From a virus (taxonomy: Duplodnaviria; Caudoviricetes): 39,019 nucleotides of DNA. Numbering within the stretch: the first letter of the stretch is position 1; every line of letters starts with the position of its first letter. Of this stretch, positions 8,679 to 15,874 are shown one piece after another. The notes beneath the pieces were generated by a model. That model ran no database searches, was not told where the DNA came from, and saw only the letters and a list, made by a program, of their open reading frames with translations. The stretch lies in the IMG/VR virus record IMGVR_UViG_3300037780_000117, positions 1 to 39,019 of that record; one strand, given 5' to 3'. Both the position numbers and the translations under genes were made by a program.

Positions 8679-8873
8679 ATGCCACTTTGGCCCCACGAAG
8701 CCCGCGCCGAGATCCGCCTCGAGGAGGCGGTTGAGATCGTCACGCACCCCGAGTCGCACGCCCACCGGGCCACCGGGCGCGTGCTCGCCTGGGCCGCGCT
8801 GCGCGCCGCGCGCGGCCTGCCCACGAACACCCTGCGCCTCTACCGGATGCAGCGGGCGGGGGCAGGGGCATGA
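8679..8873 (+). CDS. Hypothetical protein (first early gene)
   Basis: GGAG RBS; MPLWPHE start; ATGA coupling. Confidence 0.65.
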   Translation: MPLWPHEARAEIRLEEAVEIVTHPESHAHRATGRVLAWAALRAARGLPTNTLRLYRMQRAGAGA

Positions 8874-9160
8874 GCTGCTCGCAGGCCACCCTCCGCGCGC
8901 AGGCACTGGCCGAGCTCGGCCACCTCGCCACGCCCGGCGAGCGCCGGGAATGGATCGAAAGCGCCTGCATCGATACCGGCGGCACGCTGATCCCGCCGGG
9001 CGCGGGCGGCTCCATGGGCTCCGCGCTGGCCGAGCTCGATCTGCTCGGCGTCTCCGCCCGCTCCGAGGCCGGCGCCCACGACAGCGAGGCCGATGCTGTC
9101 GACGCCGCGATCCGCGCATGGATGCAGGCCGCGCGCCGCACGCTGGAGGACGCCGCGTGA
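8870..9160 (+). CDS. Hypothetical protein
   Basis: Coupled ORF in the operon. Confidence 0.6.
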   Translation: MSCSQATLRAQALAELGHLATPGERREWIESACIDTGGTLIPPGAGGSMGSALAELDLLGVSARSEAGAHDSEADAVDAAIRAWMQAARRTLEDAA

Positions 9161-9357
9161 GCGGGGCGGTGCATCGTCGAGATCAGCGAGGTGACCGAGC
9201 CGTGATCCGCGATCCCCACACCGCAGCCCCCGTCTCCAGGCGGGCGATTCCCCCCGGCGAAGCCGCGCGGCCGGTCCCGGCTGCGGAACTGCGCGGCACA
9301 TTCCCCCACGCGCCCCTGCGGCTGCTCCGGCAGTCGTGGGGGCCAGCCGGAGTCTGA
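9157..9357 (+). CDS. Hypothetical protein (start 9157 or 9202)
   Basis: Fills the operon gap; GTGA overlap. Confidence 0.4.
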   Translation: MSGAVHRRDQRGDRAVIRDPHTAAPVSRRAIPPGEAARPVPAAELRGTFPHAPLRLLRQSWGPAGV

Positions 9358-9360
9358 GCG

Positions 9361-9924
9361 ATGAAATTCGAAGTAGGCGAAGAATACCCGACGCGCGGCG
9401 GCGGCCGGGCGAGGGTGTTGCGGACGGACGACGACGACCCGGATTTTCCGCTTGAAGTGAAAATGATTGATGGCCCGAATGCCGGGAAAACGTGGTGGGT
9501 CACCGCTGGGGGCCGCTTCTTCAGTGATGGCAGAAAGTGCTCCCTCGACCTGATCGCCCCCGCCGACGCGGAGCCGGAAGCGCCGGCCAGCCCGTTCAAG
9601 GTGGGTGATGAGTGCTTGGATGGCAATGGACGCCGCGGGCGCATCGTGGCGATTGCCGAGGGCGCGGAGTTCCCGGTGGTCTGGCTGCGGAAAGGATCGA
9701 GTTTTGCCCACTGTTTCCGCCTCGACGGCACCGTGCCTTGGAACGGCCACCACCTCGTGCCCAACGCGCCGAAGCCGCGCAAGGTGGAGGGGTGGGCCAA
9801 CGTCTACCAAGACGGCGAGCAAGAATACAAACTCGGTTACATGCGCGAGTCCCGCGCGGAAGCAGACGCATACGGCGACGGCCGCATCGCTTGCGTCCCC
9901 ATCACCTTTGAGGTGCCGGAATGA
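9361..9924 (+). CDS. Hypothetical phage protein with an internally duplicated domain
   Basis: FEVGEEYPTRGGGRARVL..DFPL repeated as FKVGDECLDGNGRRGRIV..EFPV. Confidence 0.8.
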   Translation: MKFEVGEEYPTRGGGRARVLRTDDDDPDFPLEVKMIDGPNAGKTWWVTAGGRFFSDGRKCSLDLIAPADAEPEAPASPFKVGDECLDGNGRRGRIVAIAEGAEFPVVWLRKGSSFAHCFRLDGTVPWNGHHLVPNAPKPRKVEGWANVYQDGEQEYKLGYMRESRAEADAYGDGRIACVPITFEVPE

Positions 9925-10685
9925 CCACTCTCTTCAAACTCACCGACGAGCACGGCTACACGCGGCAGGGCCATCCCAACGCCTTGCTGTGGGGGCCGGG
10001 CGTGACCCACACCGCCACCGGCAAGCGGCAGGAGCTGTGCACCGATGGTGTGATCCACGCCTACACCGATCCGCTGCTGGCGATGATCTTCAATCCGATC
10101 CACGCCAGCTACCACCCCGCTCGGCTCTGGCGCGCGGAGGGCGAGGTTATCGCATCCGACGCGCTCAAAGTGGGCGTGCGGTCGCTGACCGTGCTGGAGG
10201 AGATCGACCTGCCCGAGATCAGCACCGCGCAGCGGGTGCGGTTCGCGATCCTCTGCGCGTGGGAGGTCTGCGACGATCCCGCGTGGCGCCAGTGGGCCGA
10301 GCGGTGGCTTGATGGCACCGGCAGGAGCGAAAAGGCGGCGGCGTGGGCGGCGCTGGCGGCGGCGGCGGCGGCGCGGGAGGCGGCGGCGCGGGAGGCGACG
10401 GCGGCGGCGCGGGAGGCGGCGGCGCGGGAGGCGGCGGCGCGGGAGGCGACGGCGGCGGCGCGGGAGGCGGCGGCGGCGGCGGCGTGGGCGGCGCGGGCGG
10501 CGGCGCGGGAGGCGGCGCGGGAGGCGGCGCGGGAGGCGGCGCGGGAGGCGGCGCGGGAGGCGGCGCGGGAGGCGGCGCGGGAGGCGGCGCGGGAGGCGGC
10601 GCGGGAGGCGGCGGCGGCGGCGGCGTTGGGAAAACCGCTCGGTCTGGCCGCCATCGCTCGCCGCGCGATGCAGGAGGAAAGCTGA
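9921..10685 (+). CDS. Phage protein with Ala-rich (AARE)n C-terminus
   Basis: Globular N-terminus (LCTDGVIHAY) followed by a tandem repeat. Confidence 0.8.
   Translation: MTTLFKLTDEHGYTRQGHPNALLWGPGVTHTATGKRQELCTDGVIHAYTDPLLAMIFNPIHASYHPARLWRAEGEVIASDALKVGVRSLTVLEEIDLPEISTAQRVRFAILCAWEVCDDPAWRQWAERWLDGTGRSEKAAAWAALAAAAAAREAAAREATAAAREAAAREAAAREATAAAREAAAAAAWAARAAAREAAREAAREAAREAAREAAREAAREAAREAAREAAAAAALGKPLGLAAIARRAMQEES
10335..10627 (+). repeat. GCG/CGG/GAG coding tandem repeat
   Basis: Nine perfect GCGGCGCGGGAG units at 10500-10607 plus degenerate copies. Confidence 0.95.
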
Positions 10686-10858
10686 TGGACCCTCACACGC
10701 ACCCGATGACCCGCCCGACGATCTCGGAGCACCTGGACGCCCGCGAGGCCGAGCGCCGCCGGTGGAGGCGCGCGCCCGTGGTGGAGCTGATTGGCCTTGG
10801 CTTCGCGCTCGCGGGGCTGGGGCTGGCCGGGATTATGGCAATTGTGGGGGCGAGGTGA
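10685..10858 (+). CDS. Small membrane protein
   Basis: GGAGG RBS; C-terminal hydrophobic helix. Confidence 0.6.
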   Translation: MDPHTHPMTRPTISEHLDAREAERRRWRRAPVVELIGLGFALAGLGLAGIMAIVGAR

Positions 10859-11061
10859 TGGTCTGTTTCCGCGACCAAACCTTCTGCGCGTCCGATTGCA
10901 CGAATAGCCGTTGCCATCGCTATTTCGGCCCCGATGACCGGGTGGCGGCGCGGACTTGGTGGGGCAGCCCAGGCGCCCCGATAGCGTGGAGTGATTTTTC
11001 GGAGGGGTGCCCGGACTACCAGCCCCCACCGCAGGATCAAGCCGAGAAGGAGGCGGGGTGA
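10858..11061 (+). CDS. Small Cys-rich protein
   Basis: MVCFRDQTFCASDCTNSRCHR..CPDY; TGATG coupling. Confidence 0.7.
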   Translation: MVCFRDQTFCASDCTNSRCHRYFGPDDRVAARTWWGSPGAPIAWSDFSEGCPDYQPPPQDQAEKEAG

Positions 11062-11294
11062 TGGCTGGCGGATGTGTCGACGGCCGCCAACGCGTCGACC
11101 CTACAGCAATCCACCAATCGCTTGCTGAGCATGGCGTGGCCGTGGTGGGTCTCGTGATCCTGAGGAAGATTGCCGAGGCGGCTGACCAAGCTGACCCTGA
11201 TGATGGCGTGACGATCCGTGGCGCAACGCTCTACGACATCTTGGTCTGGCTGCGCGCCTACGAGGAAGCTGTCGAAGCGGAGCCCGACGCATGA
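11061..11294 (+). CDS. Hypothetical protein
   Basis: GGAGG RBS; TGATG coupling. Confidence 0.55.
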   Translation: MAGGCVDGRQRVDPTAIHQSLAEHGVAVVGLVILRKIAEAADQADPDDGVTIRGATLYDILVWLRAYEEAVEAEPDA

Positions 11295-11386
11295 CCGCCC
11301 CCGCTGCGATCCTGACCGCCCGCGCGGAGGCCCGCGAGAAGCTGGAGCCGGTGTGGAGCCGTCTCGAGGACGACGGGGCCTCATAG
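11291..11386 (+). CDS. 31-aa ORF in frame with the downstream Dam-like gene (leader or remnant)
   Basis: MTAPAAILTARAEAREKLEPVWSRLEDDGAS then TAG, followed immediately by GTG. Confidence 0.4.
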   Translation: MTAPAAILTARAEAREKLEPVWSRLEDDGAS

Positions 11387-12184
11387 GTGGTGTCGTTGCT
11401 ACGATACCACGGCGGGAAGGTCCGCTTGGCCCGGAAGATCGTCGGCCTTTTCCCGGCCCACGAGACCTACGTCGAGCCCTTCGGCGGCGGTGCCGCTGTT
11501 CTTCGTGCGAAGCCGCGTTCCCGTCTCGAGGTCTACAATGATCTGGACGGCGAAATCGTATCGTTTTTCCGCGTCCTGCGAGAGCGCCCGCTTGATCTCG
11601 CAAAGGCCGTGACCGCGACACCATTCGCGCGCGCCGAGCACGTGGAAGCCTACGAGGCCTCCGAGGACGCGCTCGAGCGGGCGCGCCGCCTCCTTGTGCG
11701 ATCCCATTTCGGCCACGGAACCAAAGGCCTTCACGCCCGGACAGGCTTTCGCGCCGCCGGCATCCGGGCGGGCACGTTGCCTGTCCACCTGTGGGCCGAC
11801 TTGCCCGCTGAAATCCTGGCGGCGGCGGAAAGAATGCGCGGAGTGGTGATCGAGCAGCGTCCGGCGCTGCAAGTGATGGAGGCCCACGACCGCGAGGGCA
11901 CGCTCCACTATGTCGATCCTCCATATCTTCACGAGACGCGCGGCCGGCATCGCTACGCCGTCGAAATGTCCGCAAAGGACCACGAGCGCCTTCTTGAAGG
12001 GCTTCTTCATCTGCGTGGCCATGTTGTCGTCAGTGGCTACGGCTCGGTGCTCTACGACGATGCGCTTCGGGACTGGCGGCGCATCGAGCTTCGCACTCAC
12101 GCCGACCGCGCGCTGCCCCGTATTGAGGTCATTTGGGCCAACTTCGAGAACGCCGGCCCCCTGTTTGCCGGGGGCGCAGAATGA
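11387..12184 (+). CDS. DNA adenine methyltransferase (Dam/D12 class)
   Basis: RYHGGK, YVEPFGGG, VYNDLD, YVDPPY. Confidence 0.92.
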   Translation: MVSLLRYHGGKVRLARKIVGLFPAHETYVEPFGGGAAVLRAKPRSRLEVYNDLDGEIVSFFRVLRERPLDLAKAVTATPFARAEHVEAYEASEDALERARRLLVRSHFGHGTKGLHARTGFRAAGIRAGTLPVHLWADLPAEILAAAERMRGVVIEQRPALQVMEAHDREGTLHYVDPPYLHETRGRHRYAVEMSAKDHERLLEGLLHLRGHVVVSGYGSVLYDDALRDWRRIELRTHADRALPRIEVIWANFENAGPLFAGGAE

Positions 12185-12894
12185 CCGCCCCCGCTGCGAT
12201 CCTGACCGCCCGCGAGCAGGAGCGCGACACGCTGCGCGCGCTGGTGGCTTGCGAAACCAGCGGCCAAGTGCGGCGGCGCCTGCGAGCGAAGGGATGGGAT
12301 GCGGTCTCGGTCGATCTTTTGCCCGCCGATGACGGAGAGGCGGAGCATCACATCGTCGGGGATGCCCGGCCATGGCTGCGCGGGGCGCCTGACGGGGAGC
12401 CGTGGGATTTGCTGGTGGCGCATCCGCCATGCACGCGGCTCTGTAACAGCGGCGTGAGGTGGCTGGCCGAGCGCGACCTGTGGGACGACATGCGGGAAGG
12501 CGCGGCATTTTTCTTGGAGTGCCTGAATGCCACCGCGCGCTTCGTCGCCGTCGAGAACCCCGTGATGCACAGACATGCCCGCGAAATCGTCGGGCGTGGC
12601 CCGGATTTCACGGTGCAGCCTTGGCAATTCGGCGATGATTTCAAGAAGCGCACCTGCTTCTGGACGCGCGGCCTGCCGCCGCTGCTGCCCACGTCAGACC
12701 TGGATGGCTCTACTGCTGCGGCCGAAGTCCATCGCGCGCCGCCGGGGCCGGATCGCTGGAAGAAGCGAAGCGCGACCTATCCGGGGATCGCCGAGGCTAT
12801 TGCGGACCAATGGGGCGGCTACATCGCCCGCGAGCAGGAGCGCGACACGGCGCTCGGGCGGGCGCTGATGACACACACAGGAGATACGAGATGA
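12181..12894 (+). CDS. DNA cytosine methyltransferase-like protein
   Basis: LVACETSG, AHPPC (motif IV-like), VENP (motif VI-like), QPWQFG. Confidence 0.78.
   Translation: MTAPAAILTAREQERDTLRALVACETSGQVRRRLRAKGWDAVSVDLLPADDGEAEHHIVGDARPWLRGAPDGEPWDLLVAHPPCTRLCNSGVRWLAERDLWDDMREGAAFFLECLNATARFVAVENPVMHRHAREIVGRGPDFTVQPWQFGDDFKKRTCFWTRGLPPLLPTSDLDGSTAAAEVHRAPPGPDRWKKRSATYPGIAEAIADQWGGYIAREQERDTALGRALMTHTGDTR
12207..12849 (+). repeat. 25-bp direct repeat (12207-12231 and 12825-12849)
   Basis: cgcccgcgagcaggagcgcgacacg, encoding AREQERDT at both ends of the gene. Confidence 0.95.
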
Positions 12895-13217
12895 CCCTGC
12901 TTACTGACAGCGCGCCGAAGGCTCGCAAGCACCATCGCTGCGACGACTGCGGCGGATGGATCGCGCCGGGCGAGGTCTACCGGCTATCGAAGATACAGGA
13001 TGATGGGACGGTCTACCCGTGGCGTCAGCACCTGGACTGCTTCGCAATGGCCCACGATGTGGACGTGGCAGAGGGGAACTGGTGCGAAGGCGGCAGGCCC
13101 CCACTTTGCCAAGACGAAGGCGTCCTCGAAGAACTCGATTCGTGGCGCGGGTGCTATCCGCACGTCGTCTGCCGGATCGAGCTACAGCAGCAGCTTTATG
13201 AGGCGCGGCGTGACTAG
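12891..13217 (+). CDS. Zn-finger phage protein
   Basis: KARKHHRCDDC..I.PGE.Y..HLDC. Confidence 0.75.
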   Translation: MTLLTDSAPKARKHHRCDDCGGWIAPGEVYRLSKIQDDGTVYPWRQHLDCFAMAHDVDVAEGNWCEGGRPPLCQDEGVLEELDSWRGCYPHVVCRIELQQQLYEARRD

Positions 13218-13311
13218 CCCGCCGCCCTTCACGCGCTGCGCGTGCGGCGCCGTGGCCATGCGCAGCGGGCCGGGCGGCTGGTGCTGCGATAGCTGCGGGA
13301 GGCGGAAGTGA
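13210..13311 (+). CDS. Tiny Cys-rich ORF
   Basis: RCACG...WCCDSC; overlaps both neighbours. Confidence 0.4.
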   Translation: MTSPPPFTRCACGAVAMRSGPGGWCCDSCGRRK

Positions 13312-13532
13312 TGACCCGCCCCGCGCCCGCGTTCGTGCCGAGGCTTCTGCCCGCCCCGGCGGCGGCGCACTATCTCGGCGTGAGCGTGAGCACGTTGCGC
13401 GGCCTGCCGATCCCGCGCAAGGTGCTTGGCGGCAAGCGGCTCTATGATGAGCGCGACCTGAGCGCCTTTGTTGATGGGCTGCCGGTCGAGGGCGAAGGGG
13501 CGAACTCATGCGACGAGGCGTTCGGGGTCTGA
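13308..13532 (+). CDS. xis: Excisionase-like winged-HTH protein
   Basis: PRLL..AAAHYLGVSVSTLR..GKRLYDERDL; directly upstream of int. Confidence 0.75.
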   Translation: MMTRPAPAFVPRLLPAPAAAHYLGVSVSTLRGLPIPRKVLGGKRLYDERDLSAFVDGLPVEGEGANSCDEAFGV

Positions 13533-14617
13533 TGGGCCGCCCCTATCTCACCAGCACCACCATCAATGGCGTGACCTACTGGTATTTTCGCCGGGGCGGG
13601 CCAAAGATCGCGGTCGGGAAGGAAGGCCGGGGGCATAAGGAAGGGCCGGGGCATCCGGATTTCGAACGCCGCTACGCCGAGCTTCTGGCAGGCGTGCCGC
13701 CGAAGCCCACGAGGGCGCAGGAGGGCACAATCGCCGCCGTGGCCGAGGCCGTGAAGCGGGGCACCGGCTGGCCCGCCTTGTCGGCTGGATACCGCGCCGC
13801 CATGGCCCGCCACCTCGATACGATCTGCGAAGCCTACGGGAGCGCCCGCATCGCCGATCTGCGCGCCCGGCACCTGCGCGCCGATGTCAGCAAGCTGGAG
13901 CCCCACGCCGCCAAGGCCCGGCTCAAGGCGTGGCGGATGCTCACCCGGCTCGCGACGGATCGGGGCTGGCTGGTGGAAGATCCCGCCGCCCTCGTGCGAC
14001 CTCCGAAAGCCCCGCGCAGCGCAGGGCACGCGGCGTGGCCGGTCGAGGCGATAGACCGATACCGCGCCCGGTGGCCGGTCGGCACGCCGCCCCGGCTCGC
14101 GATGGAGTTTCTGTATTGGACAGCCGCGCGCACGGTGGACGCGGTGACCCTGAGCCCTGCCATGATCGACGCGGGCGGGGTGCTGGTGTTCCGGCAGTCG
14201 AAAACGGGCGGGCTGGCCTATGTGCCGTGGTCCGCTCCGCTGCCCGCATGGGCCGAGGGGTTCAAGGCGGATCGCGCCGAGCTGCGCGCGTGTCTGCGCC
14301 CGGGCGTGTTCACGTTCCTGGAAACCGGCGGGAGGGTGCGCAGCGTCAAGGGGCTGTCGAATCTCGTGTCACGCGGTGCGCGCGGGGCAGGGCTGGAGGG
14401 GCTGACGGCGCACGGGCTGCGGAAGGCAAGGCTCACTCGCATCGCCGAGGCCGGCGGATCGGCCCATGCAATCATGGCATGGGGCGGGCACGCCACGCTT
14501 AAAGAGGCGCAGGCTTATGCCACCTCGGCGCAGATTCGGGGGCTTGTGATCGGAACAGAACAGGACCGGAACAGTGCCAAATCGCCATCCCTTAGTGCCA
14601 AATCGGGGAAAAGGTGA
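13532..14617 (+). CDS. int: Tyrosine integrase
   Basis: TAAR (R), QSKT (K), HGLRK (HxxR), WGGH, QAY (Y); N-terminal YWYFRR arm-binding domain. Confidence 0.93.
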   Translation: MGRPYLTSTTINGVTYWYFRRGGPKIAVGKEGRGHKEGPGHPDFERRYAELLAGVPPKPTRAQEGTIAAVAEAVKRGTGWPALSAGYRAAMARHLDTICEAYGSARIADLRARHLRADVSKLEPHAAKARLKAWRMLTRLATDRGWLVEDPAALVRPPKAPRSAGHAAWPVEAIDRYRARWPVGTPPRLAMEFLYWTAARTVDAVTLSPAMIDAGGVLVFRQSKTGGLAYVPWSAPLPAWAEGFKADRAELRACLRPGVFTFLETGGRVRSVKGLSNLVSRGARGAGLEGLTAHGLRKARLTRIAEAGGSAHAIMAWGGHATLKEAQAYATSAQIRGLVIGTEQDRNSAKSPSLSAKSGKR

Positions 14618-14757
14618 TGGATTATCAACCGCTTGCGGGAATGGTGGCGCGCTGGGGAGGACAGCAACAAACCGGCACGATCAAAGGCTTACGGTGCCAA
14701 ATGGCATGAGAGCCCCGTAATGCGAATCAATGGGCTGCAGGCCGGAGTGCCAAATCG
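14573..14757. other. attP: tRNA 3'-end core (14645-14661) with arm repeats and IHF-like sites
   Basis: Reverse complement TCCTCCCCAGCGCGCCA parses as T-stem + acceptor stem + G + CCA; RGTGCCAAAT at 14573, 14594, 14693, 14746; TATCAAccgcTTG at 14623. Confidence 0.8.
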
Positions 14758-14776
14758 AAAAAGCGCACCGCCCCGC

Positions 14777-14830
14777 TTGACACTAGGGGCCACTGCCCCT
14801 ATATTGATTGGCACAGGGGCACGGAGCCCC
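14777..14830 (+). promoter_or_regulatory. Near-consensus sigma70 promoter with palindromic operator
   Basis: TTGACA (14777), 17 nt, TATATT (14800); taggggc-cact-gccccta at 14784-14801; ggggc-acgga-gcccc at 14816-14830. Confidence 0.8.
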
Positions 14831-14851
14831 GCCTGCAAAGGAGACAAGCAG

Positions 14852-15106
14852 ATGACCGCCTATACCACGAGAACGAGCGAGCTTGGCGAGGTAACCTTCA
14901 CTGCGCCTGCGGCGACTGAAAACCGCGCCGGCTATGTGTGGATAGAGTCCGAGCATGGGTATCCCGCGCGCGACCGTCGCCAGATTTGCTACGGGGGCGA
15001 CTTCCGGGGCAACACGGTGACCGCCACGACAGGGAGCCTCAAGGCCGACGCGCAAGCGTGGCTGCGCGCGCGCCGCCGCTATCTGAGGAAAAATGGGCTT
15101 GCCTAA
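14852..15106 (+). CDS. Hypothetical protein (84 aa)
   Basis: AAGGAG RBS; MTAYTTRT start. Confidence 0.7.
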   Translation: MTAYTTRTSELGEVTFTAPAATENRAGYVWIESEHGYPARDRRQICYGGDFRGNTVTATTGSLKADAQAWLRARRRYLRKNGLA

Positions 15107-15107
15107 A

Positions 15108-15341
15108 ATGACCCCAACCGAGATCCGCGAGGCCCGGCGCGAGCTGGGCCTCACGCAAGGGCAGCTTGCCGCGCTGCTAGACACGGACCGGCAGTCGGTG
15201 CTGCGCATGGAGCTTGACCCCAGCGCTTCCACATTCCGCCGCCCGGCGCCGCGCATGGTGCGGCTGCTGCGCGCCTACTTGGACGGCTACAGGCCCGCCG
15301 ACTGGCCGGAGTGCCAAATCGAGAAGGAGAACGACGGATGA
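15108..15341 (+). CDS. XRE HTH regulator
   Basis: MTPTEIREARRELGLTQGQLAALL. Confidence 0.85.
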   Translation: MTPTEIREARRELGLTQGQLAALLDTDRQSVLRMELDPSASTFRRPAPRMVRLLRAYLDGYRPADWPECQIEKENDG

Positions 15342-15874
15342 GTGAACAGCACATTCAAAGCGTTGAACCGCCGGGGCATATCGGACTTGTCAGTGACGGA
15401 TTGGGCATGTGGGCCTTGTGGTCGCTATCTGCAGGAGACGACCCTCAAAGTGCCGTTCGCTACGTCCGCGCCGACATTCACACCGCCGAGATCGAGCGCC
15501 TAACCCGCGAGCGAGACGAGGCGCGGGCGCGGGCGGCGGGGGCGTATGAGGCAGCGGCACAAATCTGCGACGACGTGGGCGCCGAGGATGCGGCCCGCGT
15601 CATCCGCGGCGTGGTCAGGTCCATCGATGAAGATGCTCTTGTCGCCGCCGACGAAGACGCGATCGAGCGTGCGAAGCGGGAGGAACGGGAGGCGTGTGCG
15701 AGGGTGGTGGAGCGCTTCGCCGGTCACGCCGACCGCCAAGCCGAAGTGGACGACCCGATGAACAAAATTCTTTCCAAGTCCGATGCCCGGAGGCTGCGCA
15801 TCGTCGCCGATGCCATCCGCAAGATGTGGGGGCGCGACGAGAAGGCCGCCGAACCTAAGCCGCCGTCTGAGTGA
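15338..15874 (+). CDS. Hypothetical protein
   Basis: AAGGAG RBS; coiled-coil EIERLTRERDEA and EEREACA motifs common in phage early genes. Confidence 0.7.
   Translation: MSEQHIQSVEPPGHIGLVSDGLGMWALWSLSAGDDPQSAVRYVRADIHTAEIERLTRERDEARARAAGAYEAAAQICDDVGAEDAARVIRGVVRSIDEDALVAADEDAIERAKREEREACARVVERFAGHADRQAEVDDPMNKILSKSDARRLRIVADAIRKMWGRDEKAAEPKPPSE

Larger units (their letters stand above)
11291..12214 (+). repeat. 34-bp direct repeat (11291-11324 and 12181-12214)
   Basis: atgaccgcccccgctgcgatcctgaccgcccgcg occurs twice. Confidence 0.95.

Noticed and set aside
10309-11061. Poly-Arg and poly-Gly proteins
   Set aside because: Alternative frames of the Ala repeat; the real genes start at 10685 and 10858
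14642-14662. tRNA gene
   Set aside because: Only the 3' ~17 nt are present; this is the att core, not a gene
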